Notes: generated by a model from the letters alone, not told the origin. Positions 41,134-51,166 are shown, counted from the stretch's first letter. The stretch is DNA of 64,000 nucleotides from Planctomycetota bacterium (GCA_965248445.1 CBDFJG010000003.1:1632001-1696000), one strand, 5' to 3'. Made by a program: numbers and translations.

Positions 41134-44055
41134 ATGATCACCACCGCCACACGCACAGTCCTCTTCGCAACGGGAGTCTCTCTCGTCCTCCTCGCCGGCT
41201 GCGGCCAGGAGCAGACGATGACGCCGCCCGCACCGGGAACGGTGGGAGTCGCCGACAAGACTGCCGATCCGCGCAGTGACGATCCGCGCACTGCGGACCC
41301 GCGTCCGTGGGCGCACGAGCGGTCGGACATCCCAGTCGATCCGCGCATCAAGTTCGGTCACTTCGACAACGGCATGCGTTACGCGTGGGCGGCGAATTCT
41401 GAGCCGAAGAAGCGTTGCTACGTCCGACTGCACGTCGACGTCGGAAGCCTCGGCGAGAACGACGACGAACAGGGGGTGGCGCACTTCCTCGAGCACATGG
41501 CGTTCAACGGCACGAAGAACTTCGAGCCAGGCACGCTCATCGAGTGGTTCCAGGAAAACGGAATGGCGTTCGGCGCCGACACGAACGCACACACTGCGTT
41601 CAGCGAGACGGTCTACAAGCTGGACCTGCCCGACAACGACGCGGAGACGATCCGCGAGGGACTGACTGTGCTGCGCGACTTCGCGGACGGCATGTTGCTC
41701 GCGGAGGAAGAGGTCGAGGCCGAGAAGGGCGTCATCGACGGCGAGCAGCGCGAGCGCGACTCGGCGCGGTTCCGCATGATGGAGAAGGAACTCGACATCG
41801 TGTTCGCCGGCACGCTCGTGGCCGAGCGCATTCCGATCGGCACGAAGGAGGTGCGCGACACGTTCAACGCGGCGAAGGTGCGCGCGTTCTACGAGCGCTG
41901 GTACCGCCCCGAGAACATGACGCTGGTCGCCGTCGGCGACTTCGGCGAACTCGATCCGGTGCCGCTGTTCGAGGAGGCGTTCGCCGACATGCCGGTGCCG
42001 GCATCGCCCCTGGTCGAAGAGCCCCAGCCGGGCAAGCCGGCGAGCTACTCGCACTTCTACTCCATCTACGAGAAGGAGATCCCGCAGGTGCAGATCGGGA
42101 TCGCGCGCCTGCGCGAGTGGGAAGACGAGCCGACAACCATCGCCGAGTGGACGGAGGATCTGCCGCTCCAGTACGCGTACTCGATGCTGAACATCCGCTT
42201 CTCGGAACTCGCCAAGAAGGACGACGCACCGTTCCTCGGCGCGAGTGCGTCGAATCTGACGATGTTCGAGGTCATCGACGGCGAGAGCCTCGGCATCCGC
42301 GCAGCGCCGGAGAAGTGGAAGGAAGCGCTCGCCGCCTCCGAGCAGGAACTGCGCCGCGCGATCGAACACGGCTTCGCGCAGGGGGAACTCGACGAGGTCC
42401 GCGCCAACGCGTTGCGCGGCCTGGACGAAGCGGTCGAGCGCGAGGCGACGGCTCCGAGCCGCGCGTTGCTGCGTCGGATCCTCGGCGCCGCCGAGCGCGA
42501 GACGGTGCCGACAACGGCGGAGACGCGACGCAACATCATGAGGCCCGCCGTCGAGGCGCTGACCGTCCAGGGATGTCACGACGCCCTCAAGGCCGCGTGG
42601 AGCACGGGCGAGTTGTCGATCGACGCGTCGGGCAATCTCGATCTCGGCGAGGACGCCGGCGAGCAACTGCGCGCAGCGTACGAGGCCAGCACGAAGGTCG
42701 CGGTCGAGGCGCGCAAGGTCGTCGAGACCGATGAGTTCGCCTACGCATCCGACGCGTCGAAGGCAGGCGCCGTCGCGAGCCGCGAGCACGTCGAGGATCT
42801 CGACATCCATCTGGTGCGCTTCGAGAACGGCGTTGCGCTGAACCTCAAGCGAACCGACTTCCGCGAGAACCAGATCATGATGAGCGTGCAGTTCGGAGAG
42901 GGCGCGCTCACGCTCGATCCGAAGGATGTGCTGGTTCTGCAGATGGTCGCACCTGCAATCGTGAACGGCGGCGGACTCGCCGCACATACGACTGACGACC
43001 TGCGGAGGCTGATGGCCGGCAAGCAGGCAGGGGTCGGATTCAACGTGGGCGCCGACCGGTTCGCGCTGCGCGGCGGCACGACCGCCGAGGACCTCCTTCT
43101 CCAGTGCGAACTCGCCTCCGCATACCTGCGCGCCCCGGGATGGCGCGAGGACGCGCTCGGTCAGCTGCGCCAGCGCGTGCCCATGATGTTCGAGGGCATG
43201 AAGCACCAGCACAACGGTCCGGCGATGATGGAGTTCATCCCCGCGCTCTACTCGGGCGATCCGCGACACGGCCTCCCCGATCCCGAAGCGATCCTCGGCA
43301 CCGGCGCAGCGGAAGTGCGCGCGTGGCTCGAGCCGATCCTCGCCGACGCGCCGATCGAGGTGTCGATGGTGGGGGATCTCGACGTGGACGAGGCGATCGC
43401 TGCGGTCGCGCGTACGTTCGGCACGCTGTCGAAGCGGCGTGACTGGATGCCGTTCGACGAGCGGCGCGTCAAGCCCGCGCCGAAGAGCGGCCTCGCACAG
43501 AAGCACACCATCGCCACGCAGGTCCCGAAGTCGCTCGTGTTGATCGCCTTCCCGACGACTGACGGCATCGAGATGCTACGCCGCCGCCGGCTGAACATGC
43601 TGAACCAGGTGGTCCGTGACCGCCTGCGCCTCGAGGTCCGCGAGAAGCTCGGCGCGGCGTACAGCCCGGGGTCCCAGACCCAGGTCAGCACGGTCCATCC
43701 CGGCGACGGGTTCCTGATGATGCAAGCCATGGCGGATCCCGACAAGGTGGACGCACTCGTCGAGGCGTGCCTCGCCGTGGGCGATTCGCTGGCCAAGGAC
43801 GGCGTGCAGGACGAGGAGTTGGACCGCGTGCGACAGCCGATCTTAAAGCAGCGCCGCGACGCCAAGCGCACGAACCGCTTCTGGATGCAGGCCCTCGCAC
43901 GCGCGCAGAGCGAGCCGGGCCAACTGGACAACATGCGCTCAGGTGACGACTTCTACGAGAACGTGAAGGCGGCCGACCTCACGCCGCTCGCCGCGGAGTA
44001 CCTGAAGAGCGAGCGCGCCTCGACGCTCGTCGTGAGCCCAGAGCCCAACGAGTAG
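41134..44055 (+). CDS. M16 family zinc protease (PqqL-like) lipoprotein
   Basis: Lipobox LAGC; AHFLEHMAFNGT (inverted HxxEH), FYERWYRPENM, VREKLGAAYS. Confidence 0.93.
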   Translation: MITTATRTVLFATGVSLVLLAGCGQEQTMTPPAPGTVGVADKTADPRSDDPRTADPRPWAHERSDIPVDPRIKFGHFDNGMRYAWAANSEPKKRCYVRLHVDVGSLGENDDEQGVAHFLEHMAFNGTKNFEPGTLIEWFQENGMAFGADTNAHTAFSETVYKLDLPDNDAETIREGLTVLRDFADGMLLAEEEVEAEKGVIDGEQRERDSARFRMMEKELDIVFAGTLVAERIPIGTKEVRDTFNAAKVRAFYERWYRPENMTLVAVGDFGELDPVPLFEEAFADMPVPASPLVEEPQPGKPASYSHFYSIYEKEIPQVQIGIARLREWEDEPTTIAEWTEDLPLQYAYSMLNIRFSELAKKDDAPFLGASASNLTMFEVIDGESLGIRAAPEKWKEALAASEQELRRAIEHGFAQGELDEVRANALRGLDEAVEREATAPSRALLRRILGAAERETVPTTAETRRNIMRPAVEALTVQGCHDALKAAWSTGELSIDASGNLDLGEDAGEQLRAAYEASTKVAVEARKVVETDEFAYASDASKAGAVASREHVEDLDIHLVRFENGVALNLKRTDFRENQIMMSVQFGEGALTLDPKDVLVLQMVAPAIVNGGGLAAHTTDDLRRLMAGKQAGVGFNVGADRFALRGGTTAEDLLLQCELASAYLRAPGWREDALGQLRQRVPMMFEGMKHQHNGPAMMEFIPALYSGDPRHGLPDPEAILGTGAAEVRAWLEPILADAPIEVSMVGDLDVDEAIAAVARTFGTLSKRRDWMPFDERRVKPAPKSGLAQKHTIATQVPKSLVLIAFPTTDGIEMLRRRRLNMLNQVVRDRLRLEVREKLGAAYSPGSQTQVSTVHPGDGFLMMQAMADPDKVDALVEACLAVGDSLAKDGVQDEELDRVRQPILKQRRDAKRTNRFWMQALARAQSEPGQLDNMRSGDDFYENVKAADLTPLAAEYLKSERASTLVVSPEPNE

Positions 44056-44083
44056 GGCGGGCGCCCTGGCCGACGGCTCCGCT

Positions 44084-44110
44084 GTAGGGGCGGGGCGCTG
44101 CCCCGCCCGC
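44084..44110 (+). repeat. GTAG-type REP-like palindrome
   Basis: GTAG-GGGCGGGGC-GCT-GCCCCGCCC perfect 9-bp stem in an intergenic region. Confidence 0.5.
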
Positions 44111-44299
44111 GCACTGTTCATGTCGTTCGCCCCCGCCCGCGCTCGCACGCGCGCACCGGGTTGCGGGCGTTCGGGCGCGCAGCAGTTCCAGGAATCCATA
44201 CGCCCCGCGCCCGCCCGGGCGATCGCTTCCGCGTCCTTCCGTTGATCGTCTACTGTCAAGAGTTGGCGACAGCGGGGAGGCCGAAAGGAAGGCAAGACA

Positions 44300-44959
44300 G
44301 TGGACGCAGCATCAATTCTCGGAGCCCTGTTGGGCAACAAGTCGAAGGCCTCATCCGGTGGCGGCGGCGGCGCGGGCGGACTGCTCGGCAGCGCGCTCGG
44401 CAGCGTGTTGGGCGGCGGTAAGAAGACGCCGGCTCCTCAGCCGAAGGCGCAGCCGACGCAGAGCCGCACTCCCTCGCACCACGCGACCGGTGGCGTCGAC
44501 GATCTCCTGCGCAACGCGTACTCGAAGTACCAGACGCGCAGCGGTCAGTGCAACGACCAGAATCACGCGGCTCCGACTCGTTCGTCGCACCACGAGACCA
44601 GCGAGCTCGACAACGAGCAGGCAGTGACACTGGTCCGCGCGATGGTCAACGCGTCGAAGGCCGACGGACAGCTCGATCAGAACGAGCAGAACCGGATCGT
44701 CGAGCAGCTCGGCAACGTCACGCAGGAGGAAGTCGAGTTCCTCAACACCGAGTTCAAGGCCCCGCTGGACGTCAAGGCGTTCACGTGGTCGGTGCCTCTC
44801 GGACAGGAAGAGAGCGTGTACGCCGTCTCCGTGATGGCGATCAACCTCGACCTGCAGAAGGAAGCGACGTACCTGAAGGACCTCGCGCACGGCTTGCGGC
44901 TCGCGCCCGAGACCTGCAACAACATCCACGACCGCTACAACGCGCCGCGGATCTTCTAG
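44300..44959 (+). CDS. DUF533 (YebE/TerB-like) protein
   Basis: LVRAMVNASKADGQLD, VYAVSVMAI, YLKDLAHGLRL. Confidence 0.82.
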   Translation: MDAASILGALLGNKSKASSGGGGGAGGLLGSALGSVLGGGKKTPAPQPKAQPTQSRTPSHHATGGVDDLLRNAYSKYQTRSGQCNDQNHAAPTRSSHHETSELDNEQAVTLVRAMVNASKADGQLDQNEQNRIVEQLGNVTQEEVEFLNTEFKAPLDVKAFTWSVPLGQEESVYAVSVMAINLDLQKEATYLKDLAHGLRLAPETCNNIHDRYNAPRIF

Positions 44960-44979
44960 TCAGCTAGCAAGCGACACTC

Positions 44980-45012
44980 ACGCGGGCGGAACTCCGGTTC
45001 CGCCCGCGTTTC
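44980..45012 (+). terminator. Hairpin, probable terminator between convergent genes
   Basis: ACGCGGGCGGAAC-TCCG-GTTCCGCCCGCGT followed by TTT. Confidence 0.65.
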
Positions 45013-45046
45013 GATTCCGCGCTGCTACCTTTCGATTCCGCGCTGG

Positions 45047-45418
45047 CTAGAGGTGGCCGCGTGGCCAGCCGTAGTAGTTGCGCATGTGCTTCGGAGCGCC
45101 GAACTCGCGCCGGGCGTCGGTGGCACCCGCCTTGCCGCGGCCCTCGGCAGGTTCGTCGCTCACTCCGCCGGCCGCGATGGCCTGCTCCAGTTGCCTGCGG
45201 CGGCTCTCCCGTGCAGCTGCACGGAACGCGCGACGCCGCTTGCGCCCGAGCACCCAGTCGGAGAGCACGGCGATGCCGAGCACGGCCGCGGCGAGGAGCG
45301 GCCCGGCAACCAGGACCGGCACGGCGATCACGGGGGCCACCACGGCGATGAGGAGGATGCGCGGCCAGTTGCGCGCGGTGCGCAGCGGCAATCGACGGCG
45401 GGTGGTCTCGGCGGACAT
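45047..45418 (-). CDS. Hypothetical membrane protein
   Basis: Two TM segments and a basic tail. Confidence 0.6.
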   Translation of the reverse strand: MSAETTRRRLPLRTARNWPRILLIAVVAPVIAVPVLVAGPLLAAAVLGIAVLSDWVLGRKRRRAFRAAARESRRRQLEQAIAAGGVSDEPAEGRGKAGATDARREFGAPKHMRNYYGWPRGHL

Positions 45419-45514
45419 CTCTCAGCTACTGATCGTAACCGGCTGCTGGGGGCCTCCGTTCCGGCCGCGAGCGATCCATTGACCCAGCGAGCCTGGACGC
45501 CGATGCTCGCCCGC

Positions 45515-46471
45515 ATGAAGACGCTCACACTCCACGACGGCACGAAGATCCCGGCGCTCGGCCTCGGCACCTGGAAGCCCCAGGGCGACGACGTCTACAA
45601 CGCGGTCCGGGCGGCGCTCTCGGCGGGCTACCGGCACATCGACTGCGCCGCGATCTACGGAAACGAAGACGTGATCGGGCGCGCGCTCGCAGACGCCCTC
45701 GCAGCGGGGGACGCGCAACGCGAGGACCTGTGGATCACCTCGAAGCTGTGGAACACCGAGCACGCTCCGGACGCGGTTCTTCCCGCGATCGAGAAGACGC
45801 TCTCCCGGCTCCGACTGGAACGCCTCGACCTGTATCTCATGCACTGGCCGGTCGCGCTCCGGCAGGGCGTCGTCTTCCCGCAGAAGACCGACGACTTCAT
45901 CGCGCTGTCCGAACTCCCGCTCGAGGCGACGTGGACGGCCATGGCCGGGTTGCGCGAACGCGGACTGACCCGGCAGATCGGCGTCTCGAACTTCAGCGCC
46001 GCGAAGACGCGGAGACTCGCCGACGCGACCGGCGTGCTCCCCGCCGTCAACCAGGTGGAGATGCACCCGTATCTGGCGCAGAACGAGTTGCTCGCCACGT
46101 CGCGCGAGATGGGAGTCGTGCTGACCGCGTACTCGCCGCTCGGCACGCCGGACAGCAACGAGATGTTCAAGCGCGGGGATCCGTTCAAGCTCCTCGACGA
46201 CACGGTGATTGCGGGTCTCGCGGCGGCGCACGGCGCCTCGCCTGCGCAGGTGATGCTCGCCTGGGCAGTGCAGCGAGGCACGTCCGTGATCCCGAAGTCG
46301 AGCAACCCTGGGCGCATCGCCGAGAACCTCGCGGCGGCGGACCTGACTCTCACGGACAGCGACATGGCTGCCATCGGCGCACTCGACAAGCACCACCGCT
46401 TCGTCAGCGGTTCGTTCTGGTGCCCCGAGGGCTCGCCGTACACGCTCGCGAACCTATGGGACGAGGCCTGA
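45515..46471 (+). CDS. Aldo/keto reductase
   Basis: LGLGTW, GYRHIDCAAIYGNE, ITSKLWN, LDLYLMHWP, IGVSNF, NQVEMHPY, IPKS. Confidence 0.95.
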   Translation: MKTLTLHDGTKIPALGLGTWKPQGDDVYNAVRAALSAGYRHIDCAAIYGNEDVIGRALADALAAGDAQREDLWITSKLWNTEHAPDAVLPAIEKTLSRLRLERLDLYLMHWPVALRQGVVFPQKTDDFIALSELPLEATWTAMAGLRERGLTRQIGVSNFSAAKTRRLADATGVLPAVNQVEMHPYLAQNELLATSREMGVVLTAYSPLGTPDSNEMFKRGDPFKLLDDTVIAGLAAAHGASPAQVMLAWAVQRGTSVIPKSSNPGRIAENLAAADLTLTDSDMAAIGALDKHHRFVSGSFWCPEGSPYTLANLWDEA

Positions 46472-46920
46472 TGGCGGGCACGCTGCACTTCCAGCCCGAG
46501 TGACTCTCTCTCATTCTGATATGCAATTAGGCATGCTTCAGCACGTTTTCTCTCGCAATGATAACCACGAGATTTTCACTATCAGCCTGATAAGGATGCT
46601 CAACTAAAACGATAAACATCAAAGAATGCAATTCATGGGGTTGCCGCATGGACTCCTGCGGGGTGTACTCATGCCGGAGGAACGAAGCCATGCAGCGCAG
46701 CGCACTGAAGTCGATCGGGAAGTCCATTGCAGCGAGTGCCGAAGAGGCAACGCTCGAGGATCTCAAGAGGACCGGGAAGCGGAAGGAGTGGGCGCCACGC
46801 TTTCGCCAGTCTCCCGCCGCCGGTCGCCGAGGCTAACACGGTCCCTGGGCGCGGGGGTGGACCGACCCAGAGCCGCCAGCATGGCCCCCGACATGGCCCC
46901 AAGCTCTCGGTCGTGGCGGC

Positions 46921-47394
46921 ATGACACCGCGCCAACGATTGCCTCGTCCCCCGTGCGCCCGCTGCGGGCAGCCCGCGGGGCAGCGCCACAACAAGCACTG
47001 CTCTCGTGCGTGCGCTCGGGAGGCCGCTGCGCAGGGGCTTCGCAAGTTCGACCTACCCAACGACGAACTCGCCCGGCTCGTGTGGGAATTCACGATGCCG
47101 GAGCTGGGTCGCCGGTTCGGGGTGTCTTCGACGGCGGTCGCGATCCGGTGCAAGAAGCGCGGCATCAAGACCCCTGTCCCGGGGTTCTGGAACGGACGCG
47201 CCTCTGGGCGCTTCGATGCGCGCGGACGGTTCCGTAATCAGATCGTCTGGTGCGGCTGCGGCTGTGGCGAAGTCATGAAGGGGCGTAGCGGCTACCGCCT
47301 GCAGGAGGCGGGGCTGGTCGAACTCACCGTCGCGCCGGGGTTGTCCGACTGGCGGCGGCTGCGGAAGTCCCCCACCCAGAGCAAGGAGACGTGA
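46921..47394 (+). CDS. Hypothetical phage protein (Cys clusters, possible HTH)
   Basis: CARC...CSRAC, TMPELGRRFGVSSTAVAIRCKKRGI, CGCGCG. Confidence 0.6.
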   Translation: MTPRQRLPRPPCARCGQPAGQRHNKHCSRACAREAAAQGLRKFDLPNDELARLVWEFTMPELGRRFGVSSTAVAIRCKKRGIKTPVPGFWNGRASGRFDARGRFRNQIVWCGCGCGEVMKGRSGYRLQEAGLVELTVAPGLSDWRRLRKSPTQSKET

Positions 47395-48041
47395 TGGCGG
47401 AAGTGACGTTCAACGAGACGACGCTCCTCTTCGCAATCTCGCAGGGCTGGAAGCTGACCGGTGGAAGCGGCTCTGTGTTGTTCCACCGGCCCGACGGGAC
47501 GACGTGCGGGCAGAGCGTCGCAGAGACGGAGATCCCGCAGTGGTACGCAGAGCAGCAGTCCCGCGTCACCGCTGGGGACGCGCTACGGGAGGCCGTTCAG
47601 TCGCCCACCGTCACTGAGTGGTTGGCGCTTGATGGGCCGTCCTTGGCGGACTCGTTCGCTCCCGCGCACGACGACACGCAAGCCGAGGCTTGGTGGCGGC
47701 GCGCTGCGTGGTCCCTTGCCCAGCAGCTCGCCGACCTGAAGAACGCGGAGAAGGGGGAGCCCGAGGAGGAGACAGTCCAGCGTTGCCGCGCATCCCAGAC
47801 GGGCGTGGACAAGTTCTGCTCGCGGCCACCAGGTCACCTCGGCGACCACATCGCGCGCTTCGGCCACGAGGAAGCCGGTGCGCTCATGGAGTGCTGGCCG
47901 CAAGACGCCTGGATCGAGGAGGCGGCTGCGCGGGCATGGGATGAGCACAAGCGCCAGTTCCCTCGCTTCAGCGAGTGGATCGGCACCGAGCCGCTCGCCA
48001 GCATCATCCGCGACTGCTACCGGAACCGAGGCGCGAAGTGA
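47394..48041 (+). CDS. Hypothetical phage protein
   Basis: AAGGAG RBS; coupled to neighbours. Confidence 0.6.
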   Translation: MAEVTFNETTLLFAISQGWKLTGGSGSVLFHRPDGTTCGQSVAETEIPQWYAEQQSRVTAGDALREAVQSPTVTEWLALDGPSLADSFAPAHDDTQAEAWWRRAAWSLAQQLADLKNAEKGEPEEETVQRCRASQTGVDKFCSRPPGHLGDHIARFGHEEAGALMECWPQDAWIEEAAARAWDEHKRQFPRFSEWIGTEPLASIIRDCYRNRGAK

Positions 48042-48307
48042 GCCACTGCCAAGGGTGCGCCACGCTGGAGGCTGAGGCTCTAAGCCTTGCTCGCGACCAT
48101 CAGTTCCAGATGGAGAAGCGCGTAGCGGCTGAGGCCGAGGTCAAGCGACTGACTGCGGAGCGGGACGACCACTCTCTCCGCGCCATCGGCCGACGCATCG
48201 TCGCCGAGGCGCAGGCCGACACGACACCCGGATCCCCGTTCGCCGCCCGCATTGAGGAGGCAGCCGTGCGCGTCTTGCGCGAGCAGCTCGAAGGGAGCGC
48301 CACATGA
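48038..48307 (+). CDS. Hypothetical phage protein
   Basis: GTGA overlap; CxxC and coiled coil. Confidence 0.55.
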   Translation: MSHCQGCATLEAEALSLARDHQFQMEKRVAAEAEVKRLTAERDDHSLRAIGRRIVAEAQADTTPGSPFAARIEEAAVRVLREQLEGSAT

Positions 48308-48723
48308 GCGCTCGCTGTCCCCACTGCCAAGAGAGCAAGCGACTCACCGAACTCGAGGAACGCGTCGCAACGCTCGAAGGGCTGATCAAGGGCACCGGCA
48401 CCAGCGATCGCTTCGACGGCTCGCTCAGCACGATCGTCGAGACCGTCGGACGCCTCTGGCTCCTGAAGCCGGCCGTCATCATCGGCCCGCAGCGCACGAA
48501 ACGCATCTCCGAAGCGCGCCAGGTCGTGTTCTACATCGCGTGCCTCTCTCTGGATGAGTCGCTCGTGGAGATCGGCCGGTGGCTTGGCGGGCGCGATCAC
48601 AGCACCGTCATCTACGGCCGTGACCGAGCGACCGCGCGACTGGCGACGGACAGTGCGTTCGCTGATCGCGTGACGGGTGCGCTCGCTGCGCTCGGACTCC
48701 TGGAGACGGAGCAGGCGGCGTGA
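48304..48723 (+). CDS. DnaA C-terminal (domain IV)-like HTH protein
   Basis: ARQVVFYIA...SLVEIGRWLGGRDHSTVIYG matches the DnaA-box-binding signature. Confidence 0.85.
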   Translation: MSARCPHCQESKRLTELEERVATLEGLIKGTGTSDRFDGSLSTIVETVGRLWLLKPAVIIGPQRTKRISEARQVVFYIACLSLDESLVEIGRWLGGRDHSTVIYGRDRATARLATDSAFADRVTGALAALGLLETEQAA

Positions 48724-49778
48724 GCACCACGAAGATCGAGTGGACACGCGGCGACGACGGAACGCCGGGTAAGACGTGGAACCCGTTGCGCGGCTGCAGC
48801 AAGGTCAGCGCCGGCTGCAAACACTGCTACGCCGAGACGATGGCGATGCGCTTCTCCAAGCCGGGACTCTGGGGCCACGGCGTCGCCGATGCGAACGGTT
48901 GGACCGGCAAGGTCGTCCTCGCTCCCGAGAAGACGCTCACGGCGCCGCTGCGGTGGCGGAAGCCGTGTCGCGTGTTCGTCAACTCGACGAGCGACCTGTT
49001 CCACGAGCGGGTCGCGTTCGAGTGGATGGCGCTGATCTTCGCGGTTATGGCGCTCTCGCCACAGCACACGTTCCAGTGTCTGACCAAGCGGCCGGCACGG
49101 ATGCGCCGGTTCGTCGAGATGCTCACCCCACCAGGCGAGTCGCGTCGCCTCATGGCGGACGCACTCGGGCGCTACCCCGTCGATCTCCCGAAGCGGAACG
49201 GCGGGTGGCAGGTCCCGTACGAGTGGCCCCTCCCGAACGTGCACGTCGGCTTCTCAGCATCCAACCAGGAGACGTTCGACGCGCGCGTGGACGACGCCGT
49301 CGCGACGCCGGCTGCGGTCACGTTCGTCTCCCTCGAGCCCATGCTCGGGCCGGTGGATCTCACGGGCTGGTTCCCGGACCGACTCGCGCCCGGCGCGCGC
49401 TGGGCGGACTGCCTCTGCGCGGAGATCGACCCGAGTGACGTGCCCTGCGTCGTGTGCGAGGCGCAGAACGGAATCGACTGGGTCATCTGCGGCGGCGAGA
49501 GCGGCCCCGGCGCGCGGCCGTTCGATCTCAAGTGGGCACGGTCGGTTCGCGATCAGTGCGCCGATGCGGGCATCGCGTTCTTCCTGAAGCAGACCGGCGC
49601 CTGGCCGATGGACACGACGCATAACCTCCTCGACGCCGGGTCGTCGGCGTACGCGAACCGCTGCGCCACGGGTATCCACGACAAGAAGGGTGGGGACCCA
49701 TCGGAATGGCCGGACGACCTGCGCACCTGCCGCGCGTTCCCCGCGTCCCCCCAGCAGCCCGGAGGTGCAGCGCAGTGA
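48720..49778 (+). CDS. Phage Gp37/Gp68 (DUF5131) family radical-SAM-like protein
   Basis: TKIEWT, TWNPLRGCSKVSAGCKHCYAE, FVNSTSDLFH, LTKRP, SLEPMLG, DWVICGGESG, FFLKQ. Confidence 0.92.
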   Translation: MSTTKIEWTRGDDGTPGKTWNPLRGCSKVSAGCKHCYAETMAMRFSKPGLWGHGVADANGWTGKVVLAPEKTLTAPLRWRKPCRVFVNSTSDLFHERVAFEWMALIFAVMALSPQHTFQCLTKRPARMRRFVEMLTPPGESRRLMADALGRYPVDLPKRNGGWQVPYEWPLPNVHVGFSASNQETFDARVDDAVATPAAVTFVSLEPMLGPVDLTGWFPDRLAPGARWADCLCAEIDPSDVPCVVCEAQNGIDWVICGGESGPGARPFDLKWARSVRDQCADAGIAFFLKQTGAWPMDTTHNLLDAGSSAYANRCATGIHDKKGGDPSEWPDDLRTCRAFPASPQQPGGAAQ

Positions 49779-49801
49779 AAACCCATAACAGGAGGAACGA
49801 C

Positions 49802-50269
49802 ATGGACATCGAACGACTGAGACGATCCACGCTGCGTGTCGGAGGCGTCTGTAACACGACGACCCGCCGCAAGGTCATCGAGGACGCCATCGCTGCGATC
49901 CAGGAGGACGGCGTCACGGCGCTCGCTCGTGAGTTCATGGGCGTGAAGCGGTACGCGCACTTTGGAGACCAGCGCACGGACTGCGCGTACGGCATGGGGC
50001 CGCGGCACGGGTCCATCGCCTTCAGAGTCGGGCGCGACACGTCGCACCGCAGTCGCGCGCCGCGTCCAGACCTCGGCCCCGACGACGTGTACTTCCTCGA
50101 GTGCGCGCGGGACTTCCCCGGCGTCGAGCGTCCAGACAAGCACATCCGCAACCGCACGGTCCGCGACGGGCTGAGCACGGTGCTTGACGCGCTCGCGCGG
50201 GCCGAGGGCGAGGTGGAGCTGCTCCGCGGTGCGCTCACGACAGACGTTGAGGAACACGCGGTCGCGTGA
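49802..50269 (+). CDS. Hypothetical phage protein
   Basis: AGGAGG RBS, coding-like. Confidence 0.6.
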   Translation: MDIERLRRSTLRVGGVCNTTTRRKVIEDAIAAIQEDGVTALAREFMGVKRYAHFGDQRTDCAYGMGPRHGSIAFRVGRDTSHRSRAPRPDLGPDDVYFLECARDFPGVERPDKHIRNRTVRDGLSTVLDALARAEGEVELLRGALTTDVEEHAVA

Positions 50270-50616
50270 GCACACTCCCGCCCTGCCACCGCCCCCGCGA
50301 CTGCCCGCTCTGCGGGAAGGCCGCGATCCGCGCAGGTCGGAACCGTGCCGGCGTGCAGCGGTATCGGCTGAAGTGCGCGTGCGACCGCCCCGCGGAACCA
50401 CCGCTCCCAACCGACTGCCCGCAGTGCGGGGGCAAGCGTTCCATCGTGCGTCACGGCATGCGTCGGGACCGCACCACGCGGTTCCGGTCGAAGTGTGGGC
50501 CGTGTGAGAACGAGGCGAGCCGCTTCAGTAGGGCGGGCCAGTCACTGCCGGAGTCGCAGCTGGACCCGTACCTGCAAGTAGCGATGGCGGTGAGCCCGCT
50601 GTGGAGGACGCCGTGA
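50266..50616 (+). CDS. Zinc-ribbon protein
   Basis: Two repeats of CPxCG...G....RY/F..C. Confidence 0.55.
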   Translation: MSTLPPCHRPRDCPLCGKAAIRAGRNRAGVQRYRLKCACDRPAEPPLPTDCPQCGGKRSIVRHGMRRDRTTRFRSKCGPCENEASRFSRAGQSLPESQLDPYLQVAMAVSPLWRTP

Positions 50617-50918
50617 CGACCGACCGGGAGATCGACGGGCTGCGCACCAAGCTCCGAGAGGCGAAGCGCGCCCAGGACGACGAATTCGGTCGGCGGCGTC
50701 GCGCCGAGAAGGAACGCGATGAACTCGCCGGACACCTCGGCAACGTCGGCAACGTGCTCATCGAGTTCGGGTTCGACATCGACAAGGAGCGCGCGTGGGC
50801 GTTCATCCGACGGCGGCTCACCGACCACGCCAAGTGCCGAGACCAGGCGCAGGAGGTCTCCAACTTGAAAGCGCGAATCCGTGGTCTGCACGCGGCTGCG
50901 AACCGGAGGACGCCGTGA
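50613..50918 (+). CDS. Hypothetical coiled-coil phage protein
   Basis: GGAGG RBS, GTGA overlap. Confidence 0.55.
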   Translation: MTTDREIDGLRTKLREAKRAQDDEFGRRRRAEKERDELAGHLGNVGNVLIEFGFDIDKERAWAFIRRRLTDHAKCRDQAQEVSNLKARIRGLHAAANRRTP

Positions 50919-51166
50919 GCCGCCCTGCGAAACGCCTCCCCGTCCCCGGGCTCGAGGGCACCTGGTGGCGCTGCCCCGTGCACGGCCTGACCCAGGACAC
51001 CCACATGCTGCGCGGCATCGAGGACGACGAGTTCCACGCCTACTACTACTGCCGCGTCGACACCTGTTCTCGCGAGCTGGAGGACGTCCAGGGCGCCGGC
51101 CGCGACATCCGGAAGATCTCGCACTGGAACAGGCCCCCGAAGACGAAGGGAGCCCTCGCGTCGTGA
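50915..51166 (+). CDS. Hypothetical phage protein
   Basis: GGAGG RBS, CPVH...C...C. Confidence 0.55.
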   Translation: MSRPAKRLPVPGLEGTWWRCPVHGLTQDTHMLRGIEDDEFHAYYYCRVDTCSRELEDVQGAGRDIRKISHWNRPPKTKGALAS

